From positions 1 to 48,498 of the forward strand of contig JAFWBJ010000076.1 of NCBI GenBank assembly GCA_017507145.1: a stretch of DNA of 48,498 nt. Direction: 5' to 3'. Shown here one piece after another: positions 16,817 to 25,797 of the stretch. Source of the DNA: Clostridia bacterium. GTDB taxonomy: Bacteria; Bacillota; Clostridia; Oscillospirales; CAG-272. Each line of letters opens with the position of its first letter. The stretch's first letter is position 1. The notes beneath the pieces are model-generated. The model had not been told where the DNA came from. It saw nothing but the letters and a program-made list of their open reading frames with translations, and did not search any database. The position numbers and the translations under genes were made by a program.

Positions 16817-18226
16817 ATGGCAGTGCAAAACAAGTATAAAACCCTGCTTTCCAATACTGCAATTCTGGGAATCGGTACCTTTGGCTCAAAGCTGTTGGTC
16901 TATTTTTTGATGCCCCTCTATACCGCCTGCCTGACCAGTGCGCAGTTCAGCCGTGCGGATTTGATTGCGCAGACGGCAAACCTGCTCATTCCGATTCTGT
17001 CGGTCAGCATCTGCGATGCGGTCTTCCGCTTTACCCTTGACCGCACGCAGAATCGTGCCGCTGTGCTGACCACCGGCTGTTTTGTCATCTTCGCCGGCGC
17101 GGCGGTCGGTATCCCAATCGGCCTGTTGCTCAACGCCATCCCCTACTTCTCGGGCGGATACGGCTGGCTGATCATCGCCTACGTCGTTGCATCGAATTTC
17201 CATACCCTCTGCGCAAATTATCTGCGTGCTGCCGGCAAAACCAAGCTCTTTGCCATCCAGGGCATTTTCACCACTGGTTTCACGATTTTGCTCAATCTCA
17301 TCTTCCTGCTCGGCTTGCATATGACCGTCACCGGCTATGTCCTCTCGGTCGTGCTTGCCGATATGATCGTCGGTGTGGCGCTTTTCTTTGGCTGCGGCCT
17401 TTGGAAGAAGATCAGCTTCGCTGCCTTTTCGCCTGCCTTCGCGCGCAATATGCTGGCTTACAGCCTGCCGCTGATCCCTACCACCATTTTCTGGTGGGCC
17501 ACAAATGTCTCCGACCGCTACATGATTGCCTATTTCTGCGGCGATGCCATCAACGGTCTGTATGCTGCCGCCTTTAAGATTCCAACCCTGCTGATTCTGG
17601 TCTCGGGCATTTTCATCGAGGCCTGGCATTTTTCGGCCGTTACCGACCGCGGTGACCTACACCAGCAATCGCGCTTTTTCTCCACCGTTTTTGACAGCTT
17701 CCAGGCCGTGATGTTCATGGCCGGCGCAGGCCTGACCGCTTTTGCCAAGCTCTGCTCGGTGCTTCTCTTTGACGACAGCTATTACGACGCATGGCGGTAT
17801 ATGCCCGTCCTGTTGCTGGCAACCGTTTTCTCAAGTCTGGTTACCTTCATGGGCAGTGTCTACCTTGTAGAGAAGAAGAGCCTCAACTCCTTCTACACCT
17901 CGCTGATCGGCGCACTGGTCAATCTGGTGCTGAACCTCCTCTTTATCCCCTTCTGGGGTGCACAGGGCGCGGCGATCGCTACTTTTGCCTGCTATCTGGT
18001 GGTCTTCATCATTCGCGCGGTCAATACCCAGCGCTATATTCGCTTTGATCTGCATCCAAAGAAGCTTGCCGTTAACACCGGTCTGCTCACGCTGCAGTGC
18101 GTGCTGATGCTGACCGAGCCGCCGCTTTGGTGGCTGTGGCAGACGCTGCTTGTGCTGGCGGTTCTCTTGCTCAACGCCAAGCCCATTTTCCGCGGCATCC
18201 TGCAGGTTCTGCGTCGCGGAAGGTAA
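16817..18226 (+). CDS. MOP-superfamily polysaccharide/oligosaccharide flippase (Wzx/SpoVB-like)
   Basis: 469 aa with about 12-14 TM helices. The N-terminus LLSNTAILGIGTFGSKLLVYFLMPLYT is typical of the polysaccharide biosynthesis protein family. Confidence 0.8.
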   Translation: MAVQNKYKTLLSNTAILGIGTFGSKLLVYFLMPLYTACLTSAQFSRADLIAQTANLLIPILSVSICDAVFRFTLDRTQNRAAVLTTGCFVIFAGAAVGIPIGLLLNAIPYFSGGYGWLIIAYVVASNFHTLCANYLRAAGKTKLFAIQGIFTTGFTILLNLIFLLGLHMTVTGYVLSVVLADMIVGVALFFGCGLWKKISFAAFSPAFARNMLAYSLPLIPTTIFWWATNVSDRYMIAYFCGDAINGLYAAAFKIPTLLILVSGIFIEAWHFSAVTDRGDLHQQSRFFSTVFDSFQAVMFMAGAGLTAFAKLCSVLLFDDSYYDAWRYMPVLLLATVFSSLVTFMGSVYLVEKKSLNSFYTSLIGALVNLVLNLLFIPFWGAQGAAIATFACYLVVFIIRAVNTQRYIRFDLHPKKLAVNTGLLTLQCVLMLTEPPLWWLWQTLLVLAVLLLNAKPIFRGILQVLRRGR

Positions 18227-18357
18227 GGCGAAGCCGTCTTGGCACCGTCTGACGAAGAAAAAATACAGAATTTTCCCGAAAAGGCTTGTACTTTCGCCGA
18301 TTTTGGCGTATACTATATAGGATAAGATAATTACAGCAAAGGAAGTGTAACCCAACC

Positions 18358-19191
18358 ATGGCAGAAGAATGCACCCACAACTGTTCGACCTGCACGGCAA
18401 ACTGCTCGTCGCGGGAAAAGACGGATTTTCATGAAGCCCTCAACCCCAAGAGCTCGATCAAGCATGTGATCGGCGTAGTCAGCGGCAAGGGCGGCGTTGG
18501 CAAGTCGCTGGTCAGCACCATGCTGGCCGTTGAGCTGCAGCGCCGCGGCAACCATGTCGCTATCCTCGACGCCGACATCACCGGCCCGTCGATTCCGAAG
18601 GCTTTTGGCCTCTATTCGGCCTTCGCTCCCGTCGAGGGCGACGAGACCGGCCTGATCCCGCCCAAGACCAAGACCGGTATTGACATCATTTCGGTCAACC
18701 TCCTGCTCGACGACGAAACCAAGCCCGTCGTCTGGCGCGGCCCGGTCATCGCCGGTACGGTCAAGCAGTTCTGGACCGATGTGATCTATGACGATGTCGA
18801 CTACCTCATCATCGATTGCCCTCCCGGCACCGGTGACGTTCCGCTGACCATCTTCCAGACCATCAAGCTTGATGGTATCATCATCGTCAGCTCGCCTCAG
18901 GAGCTGGTTTCGATGATCGTCTCCAAGATGGCGAACATGGCCGACATGATGGATATCCCCGTCCTCGGCCTGGTCGAGAACATGAGCTATGTCAAATGCC
19001 CCGACTGCGGCCGTGAAATCAATGTCTTCGGCGAGAGCCACATTGACCAGATCGCCAAGAAGTTCGGCTATGACCTCCTTGCCCGCATTCCGCTCGATGC
19101 CCGCCTCTCTGCGCTGGTTGACCGCGGCATGATCGAGCTGATGGAAAACGATTATATCAATCAGGCTGCCGACAAGGTCGAAAGCCTGTAA
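18358..19191 (+). CDS. mrp: Mrp/NBP35-family Fe-S cluster carrier ATPase
   Basis: N-terminal Cys-rich segment CTHNCSTCTANC, then VVSGKGGVGKS (deviant Walker A), DCPPGTGD and CPDCG. Confidence 0.9.
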   Translation: MAEECTHNCSTCTANCSSREKTDFHEALNPKSSIKHVIGVVSGKGGVGKSLVSTMLAVELQRRGNHVAILDADITGPSIPKAFGLYSAFAPVEGDETGLIPPKTKTGIDIISVNLLLDDETKPVVWRGPVIAGTVKQFWTDVIYDDVDYLIIDCPPGTGDVPLTIFQTIKLDGIIIVSSPQELVSMIVSKMANMADMMDIPVLGLVENMSYVKCPDCGREINVFGESHIDQIAKKFGYDLLARIPLDARLSALVDRGMIELMENDYINQAADKVESL

Positions 19192-19212
19192 ATGATTGGC
19201 TTGACGAAAGTG

Positions 19213-19251
19213 ATGAGGCCGAACGCGGCAAAGCGTTCGGCCTCATTTTTT
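19213..19251. terminator. hairpin terminator shared by the convergent mrp and pnuC genes
   Basis: ATGAGGCCGAACGC-ggcaa-GCGTTCGGCCTCAT followed by TTTTTTGC. Confidence 0.75.
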
Positions 19252-19259
19252 GCTCGAAC

Positions 19260-19946
19260 TCAATTTTCTGCCTGCCGATTCTTCATGTTTTGCCAGCTGA
19301 TAAAGCCGTAGATATCGTTGAAGAGGAAGGCCGCGAAGCAGACGATGACAGAGACATACCGAAGATCGGTGATGCTTGCCAAGCTCCACAGGACCAGAAG
19401 AACGACATCGTTTGCGGCGTATGCCAATGCAAAATAGGGATTTCTGCAGAAGGTCAGATATGCGGCGACGAAGCTTGTCGTGACTGAAACCGTGCTCGGG
19501 ATGATGTTTGCCGTGTGAAAATAAGCTAAAATAAAGTAAAACATCGCAGTTACGGCTGCGGCCGCAAGCCAAAGAAAGATATGCTCTGTCTTTCCCATGC
19601 TGCTCACCCTCACTTCTGCTCGCTTGCCGTTGTAAGGATTGCGCAGCCACGAAATAAGCGCGAATACCGCCATCGGCATCGTCATCCCGAGGTATGTCAT
19701 CATCTCGCCGTAATAGGAGAAGCTGTAGGAAATGATGCCGTAGAGCAGGCTGAACATGATCATCAGCACCTGCCCGATCAGATTGCCCTTTGCGTTAAAT
19801 ATCAGCGAGGTGACACCGACCAGTGAGGCGATGAGGGTCAGATAATTTGTCGGGTCGAAAACGAAGAAGGACGCCAGGATCAGAAGCACCGACGAACTCC
19901 ACAGCGCGAGCTCAAGCTTGGAAAAATAGGCAAGCAGTTTTTTCAT
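19260..19946 (-). CDS. pnuC: nicotinamide riboside / NMN transporter PnuC family
   Basis: Start MKKLLAYFSKLE after a GGAGG RBS. Contains ..SLIFNAKGNLIGQVLMIMFSLLYGIISY..WLRNPYNG..AYAANDVVLLVLW.., typical of PnuC. Confidence 0.85.
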   Translation of the reverse strand: MKKLLAYFSKLELALWSSSVLLILASFFVFDPTNYLTLIASLVGVTSLIFNAKGNLIGQVLMIMFSLLYGIISYSFSYYGEMMTYLGMTMPMAVFALISWLRNPYNGKRAEVRVSSMGKTEHIFLWLAAAAVTAMFYFILAYFHTANIIPSTVSVTTSFVAAYLTFCRNPYFALAYAANDVVLLVLWSLASITDLRYVSVIVCFAAFLFNDIYGFISWQNMKNRQAEN

Positions 19947-19961
19947 AAGACCTCCGAAAAG

Positions 19962-20015
19962 AAAGCATCCGCATACACATCTTCTAAGACCTAATGATGT
20001 GTAAACGGATGCTTT
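19962..20015 (-). promoter_or_regulatory. terminator-like hairpin in the pnuC 5' leader (candidate attenuator or riboswitch expression platform)
   Basis: Minus strand: AAAGCATCCG-tt-TACACATC [14-nt loop] GATGTGTA-tg-CGGATGCTTT followed by CTTTTCGG, ending about 10 nt before the GGAGG RBS. Confidence 0.4.
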
Positions 20016-20046
20016 TTGCATCGACTACCCGGTGGCAGTTTTCTGT

Positions 20047-20075
20047 ATTATATCACGGAAAGCGGGAAAAGTCAA
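20047..20075 (-). promoter_or_regulatory. sigma-70-type promoter candidate for pnuC
   Basis: Minus strand: TTGACT, 17 nt, TATAAT (perfect -10). Leader of about 95 nt. Confidence 0.6.
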
Positions 20076-20142
20076 CCTCCGCGCCGAAAAAAACGGCAGC
20101 GGGAGGGAAGTGTTCTTCGCAGAGAGGGAAGGCGCGAACAGC

Positions 20143-20180
20143 GAAGCAAAAGCGGTAAGGCAGAAGTCTGCCCTACCGCT
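20143..20180 (-). terminator. terminator after fucI
   Basis: Minus strand: AGCGGTAGGGCAG-acttc-TGCCTTACCGCT followed by TTTGCTT. Confidence 0.55.
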
Positions 20181-20193
20181 CTTGTACGCGGAT

Positions 20194-21996
20194 TTATTTG
20201 GTTTTGCCGAACATCGGCCCGTAGGTTGCGCAGGCGCGGTAGTCAGCGCCTTCTTTGTCCATGCCGTATGCGTTCCAGACGGCCGGGCGGAAGATCTTCT
20301 CTTCGGGCACGTTGTGCATGGCCACCGGAATGCGGAGCATCGAGCAGAGGGTGATCAAATCAGCACCGATGTGACCGTAGCTGATGGCACCGTGATTGGC
20401 CCCCCAGTTGTTCATCACGTCGTAAGCCGACTTGAATGCGCCCTCACCGGTCATGCGCGGTGCGAACCATGTGCAGGGCCAGGTGTAGTCGGTGCGCTTC
20501 CAGAGCGTATCGGTAACGGCATCCGGCAGGTGCACCGTCCAGCCCTCGGCGATCTGCAGCATCGGGCCAAGGCCCTCAACCAGATTGAGGCGGATCATAG
20601 TCACCGGCATCTCAGCCTCGGTGATAAAGCGAGAGGAGTAACCGCCGCCGCGGAAATAGCCCAGGTCAGCTGCACTCCACTCGGTCTTAGCCAGGATCTT
20701 TTCGCAATCTTCTTCGGTCATGTCGAACCACTGCTTCATGACGGGCTGGCCATTCTCGTCGGTGACGGCACCGCAGGCATCCAGACAAGCTGCACCAGAG
20801 TTGATCAAGTGGATGAAACCGCCGGCCTCGGCTGCCTTGCCCTCGACCTCGTATCCGGTTACGCGCTTGACCGAGTCAGCGCTCCAGCAGGTGCGGACGT
20901 CAGCGAAGATCTGCGCACGGTTGGTCAGAAGCTTCATGAAGAGCATGCCCATGCCGTTGAGAACGTCGTTTTCGGTGGCCAGGATGTACGGCTCGCGGAC
21001 ACCCGACCAGTCAAAGGAGGTGTTGAGCAGAGCCTCGGCAAAGTCGGCATTGGGGTAGAAATCGGTCCACTGGCGCTGGCCCTGGAAGCCGGCGGCAATG
21101 GCATTGTGCCCGACCATCTCTTCCTCGCGGCCGGCGGGCAGATTGGGATTGCCGTTCATCAGGTCCTTGATGATGACCATCATCTTGACCACAAACTCCC
21201 ACTGCTCGTCCTTGATCTCGCGGGATTTCTGCAGCTCGGGCGGGTTCTTATCGAAGCCTTCGCGGCACTTGGCCTTGGTCCAGGCCAGCGCGCGCTGATA
21301 TTCTTCCTCGTCGTAGATGCCCTCGGTCATGCGGCGGATGATCTCGACCTCGTCAACCGATTCGACCCGCATACCGAAATAGGATTCAAGGAATTTGGGA
21401 TCGATGGTAGAGCCGGCGATACCCATGCAGATCGAGCCGATCTGCAGGTAGGACTTGCCGCGCATGGTAGCGGCGGCGATGGCGGCGCGGCCGAAGCGAA
21501 GCAGCTTCTCGACAACGTCGTCGGGAATCGAGGTGTCGTCTGCATCCTGTACCTCATGGCCGTAGATGCCAAAGGCAGGCAGACCCTTCTGTGCATGCGC
21601 AGCCAGAACCGATGCGAGATAGACCGCACCGGGACGCTCGGTGCCGTTGAAGCCCCAAACGGCCTTGATGGTGTTCGGGTCCATGTCCATCGTCTCGGAG
21701 CCATAGCACCAGCAGGGCGTGACGGTCAGCGTAATGTCTACGCCTGCTTTCTTGAACTTGTCCGCGCAGGCAGCGCCTTCTGCCACGCGGCCGATGGTGG
21801 TATCGGCGATGACGACCTTAACCGGCTCGCCGTTGGAATAGCGCAGGTTGTCAGTGAAGAGCTTTGCGGCTGCGCGAGCCATGTTCATGGTCTGATCTTC
21901 CAGCGACTCGCGTACCTTGAGCGCGCCGCGGCGTGCATCGATGACCGGACGGATACCAATGACCGGATAATCGCCAATCAGTCTGTTTTCTGCCAT
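20194..21996 (-). CDS. fucI: L-fucose isomerase
   Basis: Start MAENRLIG after a GGGAGG RBS. ..[45 protein letters not shown].. aligns closely with E. coli FucI as I recall it. Confidence 0.9.
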   Translation of the reverse strand: MAENRLIGDYPVIGIRPVIDARRGALKVRESLEDQTMNMARAAAKLFTDNLRYSNGEPVKVVIADTTIGRVAEGAACADKFKKAGVDITLTVTPCWCYGSETMDMDPNTIKAVWGFNGTERPGAVYLASVLAAHAQKGLPAFGIYGHEVQDADDTSIPDDVVEKLLRFGRAAIAAATMRGKSYLQIGSICMGIAGSTIDPKFLESYFGMRVESVDEVEIIRRMTEGIYDEEEYQRALAWTKAKCREGFDKNPPELQKSREIKDEQWEFVVKMMVIIKDLMNGNPNLPAGREEEMVGHNAIAAGFQGQRQWTDFYPNADFAEALLNTSFDWSGVREPYILATENDVLNGMGMLFMKLLTNRAQIFADVRTCWSADSVKRVTGYEVEGKAAEAGGFIHLINSGAACLDACGAVTDENGQPVMKQWFDMTEEDCEKILAKTEWSAADLGYFRGGGYSSRFITEAEMPVTMIRLNLVEGLGPMLQIAEGWTVHLPDAVTDTLWKRTDYTWPCTWFAPRMTGEGAFKSAYDVMNNWGANHGAISYGHIGADLITLCSMLRIPVAMHNVPEEKIFRPAVWNAYGMDKEGADYRACATYGPMFGKTK

Positions 21997-22101
21997 AGAG
22001 ATGTACCTCCCATTTATTTGGATCAATGATTAAGTCCGCATTCCCGCCGCCGGAAATGCCGGCCGCGAAAATGCGGACAAATGCATACCATTGTATAATC
22101 C

Positions 22102-22129
22102 ATTATACGCACTTTCGAAAAAGATGCAA
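22102..22129 (-). promoter_or_regulatory. sigma-70-type promoter candidate for fucI, overlapped by a perfect palindrome
   Basis: Minus strand: TTGCAT, 16 nt, TATAAT. The -10 is part of GTATAAT-gg-ATTATAC (22093-22108). Confidence 0.5.
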
Positions 22130-22192
22130 GTTCCAAGTCCAATCCTGCCCAAATTCGATAAATGATTTGGGAAAAATTGATAAATCCCCTCT

Positions 22193-23695
22193 TTAAAGCC
22201 GGGTGCGCAGATGGGAAGCGCAGGCGTGCAGAATGGCCCGCTCGTCAAACGGCACCTTCTTGCCGCGGATAAGCTGGTAGTCTTCATGTCCCTTGCCGGC
22301 CAGCAGAACGATGTCGCCCGGGCGTGCCTCGCGGACTGCGGCGCGAATTGCATCGGTACGGTCGGGAATGACCAGATACGGACATCCGTCGGGCGTGAAA
22401 GCGGCGGCGATGTCGGCGATCACCGATTCGGGGGCTTCAAAATCGGGATTGTCAGCCGTCAGAATAGCCAGATCGCACAACTCGTTGGCGACAGCGCCCA
22501 GTTCCGGTCTGCGCAGTTGTGTACGCCCGCCGACCGACCCGAACAGACAGATCAGCCGCGCAGGATCGTAGCAGCGCAGCGTCTCCAACGCCGCACGCAG
22601 GCTGACGCCGTTGTGCGCGTAGTCGATCAAAAAGGTGACATCGGGCAGCACGTCGACCGCTTCAAAGCGGCCCTTGATGGCAATGCCCGCCATGGCGTCG
22701 GCGATCTGCGGCAGGGTGAGCCCGGCCTCCAGGCCAACAGCGATGGCAGAGAGCGCATTGTGGACGTTGAATTCGCCCGGCAGCGGAAGCGAGAAAGCGG
22801 CCTCATCGCGGCCGTGACGGCAGACGAACTCCACCCCAAGCCGGCTCCCGCGGCGGAAGAGTGCAATGTCCCGCGCGCTGATGGCCGCATCTTTTTCCAC
22901 CGAGATCCCGACCACACGAGGACACCCGGCCACCATATCTTCCGCCGCCGGATCATCCAGATTGGCGATCGCACAGCCGGTGGCGTAGTCGGTGAAGAGC
23001 GCGCGCTTGCAGGCGCGGTAGTGGTCGAAGGTAGGATGCTCCACCCCGCCGATGTGGTCGGGCGAGAGGTTGGTGAAAATGGTGATCGGGAAAGTCATGC
23101 CGTACACGCGGCGCAGATAGATGGCCTGTGAGGAGACCTCCAGCGCGACATATTTCACACCGGCATCAACCATGCGGCGCAGGTAAGCATGCAGCTCACA
23201 ACTCTCAGGCGTGGTGTTGACGGTGGGATAAAAATGTCCGCAGAACTGCACGCCATTCGAGCCGATGTAGCCGGCCGGAATGCCGTTTTGCTCCAGCATA
23301 TGGTGAATCAGCAGGGCAGTGGTGGTCTTTCCCTTGGTGCCGGTGATGCCGATGACGGTCAGCTCACGCGCCGGATAGCCGTAGAAGGCGGCTGAAAGCA
23401 AAGCCAGCGCCGCGCGGCTGTCCCGAACGCGGATCACGGTGGCATCCTCGGGCAGGTCAAGTACACGCTCGGCCACAAAGATCCGGCAGCCGACGGTGTA
23501 CGCCTGAAGCGCATAGGTGTGGCCGTCAAAGACCGCCCCCTTGATGCAGACGAACATCGAGTCTGCCCCGGTCAGCTTGCGGGTGTCGGGCGATAGCACC
23601 TCAACTGTGCGTGCAAGCACAGCGGCATCAGACGGCAGCGGAGCAGCCAGCAGCTCGGCTGGGAGGGCGGCGAGCAGGGCGGAGAGGGTGATCAT
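22193..23695 (-). CDS. murE: UDP-N-acetylmuramoyl-L-alanyl-D-glutamate--diamino-acid ligase (MurE)
   Basis: 500 aa with ITGTKGKTTT, ..DYAHNG.. and ..LTADNPDFE... ATGA overlap with the upstream racemase gene. Confidence 0.9.
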   Translation of the reverse strand: MITLSALLAALPAELLAAPLPSDAAVLARTVEVLSPDTRKLTGADSMFVCIKGAVFDGHTYALQAYTVGCRIFVAERVLDLPEDATVIRVRDSRAALALLSAAFYGYPARELTVIGITGTKGKTTTALLIHHMLEQNGIPAGYIGSNGVQFCGHFYPTVNTTPESCELHAYLRRMVDAGVKYVALEVSSQAIYLRRVYGMTFPITIFTNLSPDHIGGVEHPTFDHYRACKRALFTDYATGCAIANLDDPAAEDMVAGCPRVVGISVEKDAAISARDIALFRRGSRLGVEFVCRHGRDEAAFSLPLPGEFNVHNALSAIAVGLEAGLTLPQIADAMAGIAIKGRFEAVDVLPDVTFLIDYAHNGVSLRAALETLRCYDPARLICLFGSVGGRTQLRRPELGAVANELCDLAILTADNPDFEAPESVIADIAAAFTPDGCPYLVIPDRTDAIRAAVREARPGDIVLLAGKGHEDYQLIRGKKVPFDERAILHACASHLRTRL

Positions 23696-24468
23696 GCCGG
23701 CACCTCCGCAAAGTCCGGCCCGAAGCCGACCGGGCGCTTGCCGCAGGCCAGAATCGAGCGATAGGCCAGCGCTTCCAGCGAATCAAAATAAGGCGCCCCC
23801 AGCCCCTCATCCCGTACCAGCAGGGACAGCTCAGTGCAGCCCAGCACCAGCCGCGTACAGCCGGCATCGGTCAGCTTTGCCGACACCTCGGCAAAGGCCG
23901 CCATGTCGGGGCGCTTGCCCTGCTTGATCTGCCCGTAGATGATGTTCTGGATGATGGCCTGATCAGCCGCATCCGGGACAGCGCAGTCGATGCCGATCTG
24001 CCGACAGACGTGTTGATAAGATCCCGATGCAACCGTACCCTCAGTAGCCAGCACGCCGATCTTCTGCACGCCGATCCCGGCCAGCGTAGTGACCGTCTCG
24101 TAGAGAATGTTGATGATCGGTACCGAAATCGACTCAGCCAGCGCATCGTAGAAATAGTGCGCCGTGTTGCAGGGAATGGCGATCAGCTCAGCCCCGGCGG
24201 TAATCAGCGCATGGGCATCCGCCTGCATGCGGGGCAGCGGCGACTCGGTCGATTGACCTAAAATGAAAGCCGTTCGGTCAGGCGTGGTCGCGCCGCTGGA
24301 GAGGATGATCTCCAGATGATCCTGATCGCAGCGGGCGTCGGTGTGACGGGTCAGCATTTCGTAGAAATAGACCGACGACATCGGCCCAAGCCCGCCGAGA
24401 ATTCCTAATTTCTTGGTTGCAGCCGTAGCCGCCACCTCCTTATTTGCAGTATTTTTTGTATTTGGCAT
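23692..24468 (-). CDS. aspartate racemase (Asp/Glu racemase family)
   Basis: KKLGILGGLGPMSS, IPCNTAHYF and LGCTELSLL give the two catalytic Cys motifs. The start is uncertain: ATG 24468 overlaps the upstream gene by 29 nt, and the in-frame GTG at 24435 is the alternative. Confidence 0.8.
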   Translation of the reverse strand: MPNTKNTANKEVAATAATKKLGILGGLGPMSSVYFYEMLTRHTDARCDQDHLEIILSSGATTPDRTAFILGQSTESPLPRMQADAHALITAGAELIAIPCNTAHYFYDALAESISVPIINILYETVTTLAGIGVQKIGVLATEGTVASGSYQHVCRQIGIDCAVPDAADQAIIQNIIYGQIKQGKRPDMAAFAEVSAKLTDAGCTRLVLGCTELSLLVRDEGLGAPYFDSLEALAYRSILACGKRPVGFGPDFAEVPA

Positions 24469-25663
24469 AGTGGCCGAGCAGATGGCGCACGACCCAAACC
24501 AAGCGCTTCGGGTTTCCTCGCAGGTCAGCCGCACACCACAGTGCCGAGGTCGACTTGCCGGCCCGGCGCAGAGCAGCAGCCTTGGCGCGTACCGCATCAT
24601 CCTTGACATAGCGCTTAACCACACCCCATGGCACACAGTGCCAGAGATGCTCCTCGGTGAAGTCTACATTCTTCAGCGGCTCATCGGTGAAATAGTCTTG
24701 AATGACCAGCCCGGCGATATTCATTCCCGCCGCTGTGATGTAATGGTTGCTGCGGCCCTGACGCAGATTGATCTCAAAGAACCGCAGTGAGCCGTCCCGC
24801 TCGTCGTACTTGATGTCGAAGTTCGCAAATCCGCGGTAGCCAAGATCCTCCAGCAGCGCACGGACACGGTCGGTCAGCGCCTTGTTCTGCTCAATCATAA
24901 TCGCCGCATGATTACCGCGCCCCTTCGGCGTGTGCTCCTCCAGCATGACATGCCCCAGACAGGTCATCTTCACCTTGCCGTCGCGGTCGGCGTAAGCGGT
25001 CAGCACATGCATATACGAATCCTCGCCCGGAATCAGGTCCTGGATGATCATCCGCTCGGTATAGCCCGAGGCGTAGATCTCGCGAACAATGGCCTCAGCT
25101 CGTTCGGGCGACTCAGCCACATATACCTTCTGCATCCCATCAAACGGGTGCTTCCAATATTCGATACTCGACGAAGGCTTAACGATCAGCGGATAGCCGA
25201 ATCCGAGCGCCTCGGGCTGCAGCCAGGCCGGAGAGAAGTCAGCCGTCAAAACCTTGGTCTTGGGGTAGGGAATCCCGTACTCGTCGCAGAGTGCATAGAA
25301 ATCCGCCTTGCTGACCAGCCGATCACGCAGCGGCGCATCAATGTAGGGGAGAATGTAGTAAGGCTCGAGCTGTGCTTTGCAGGAGATCAGCAGCGACGCA
25401 TAGTCATCCGTGCAGCCCATTGCAAGGAGCGGCTCGTCAGGATGCTTCAGCGCAAATTCCACCAGCACCTGTACCATAATGTCGGGATTGTCCAGATTCG
25501 GCACCGCCGTGAAATCGAGAAAACGCGAATACTGCGTCTGCCCCAGTGGATAACGGCCGAACGCCTGCGCCTTGACACCGGCCGCCTCGTAGAAGGCGCG
25601 GGCCAGCGAATAACAGTTGAGATCCGCCCCCAGCAGGACGGGAATGAGATTGATGTTCTTCAT
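24440..25663 (-). CDS. ATP-grasp carboxylate-amine ligase, candidate D-aspartate ligase
   Basis: Start MKNINLIPVLLG after an AAAGGA RBS. ..GYPLIVKPSSS..MIIQDLIPGED..FANFDIKYDERDGSLRFFEINLRQGRSN.. is the ATP-grasp fold. The gene lies immediately upstream of an Asp racemase. Confidence 0.7.
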   Translation of the reverse strand: MKNINLIPVLLGADLNCYSLARAFYEAAGVKAQAFGRYPLGQTQYSRFLDFTAVPNLDNPDIMVQVLVEFALKHPDEPLLAMGCTDDYASLLISCKAQLEPYYILPYIDAPLRDRLVSKADFYALCDEYGIPYPKTKVLTADFSPAWLQPEALGFGYPLIVKPSSSIEYWKHPFDGMQKVYVAESPERAEAIVREIYASGYTERMIIQDLIPGEDSYMHVLTAYADRDGKVKMTCLGHVMLEEHTPKGRGNHAAIMIEQNKALTDRVRALLEDLGYRGFANFDIKYDERDGSLRFFEINLRQGRSNHYITAAGMNIAGLVIQDYFTDEPLKNVDFTEEHLWHCVPWGVVKRYVKDDAVRAKAAALRRAGKSTSALWCAADLRGNPKRLVWVVRHLLGHYAKYKKYCK

Positions 25664-25716
25664 ATCTATGTCCTTTTCTCTATCATATTTCCACAAACCA
25701 AAATCCAGACACAAGT

Positions 25717-25797
25717 TGGAAAGTTTTTGAAGGTTCCAAGGGGACTTTTTTCAAAAAGTCCCCTTGGCGGGGTTTGGGGCGGCGCCCCAAGCCCTTA
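25717..25797 (+). repeat. half-copy of the double-hairpin repeat family
   Basis: GGAAAGTTTTTGA, hairpin A CCAAGGGGACTTTTTTCAAAAAGTCCCCTTGG (25735-25766), hairpin B TTGGGGCggCGCCCCAA (25773-25790), then GCCCTTA. The terminal TTA is the asnB stop codon on the minus strand. Confidence 0.6.

Noticed and set aside
19947-20046. Assigning the pnuC leader to a named riboswitch class (NAD+-I/II, TPP).
   Set aside because: I could not find the conserved TPP (CUGAGA...) or other class-specific cores by eye. Only the generic promoter-leader-terminator architecture is supported, so it is reported as an unclassified candidate.
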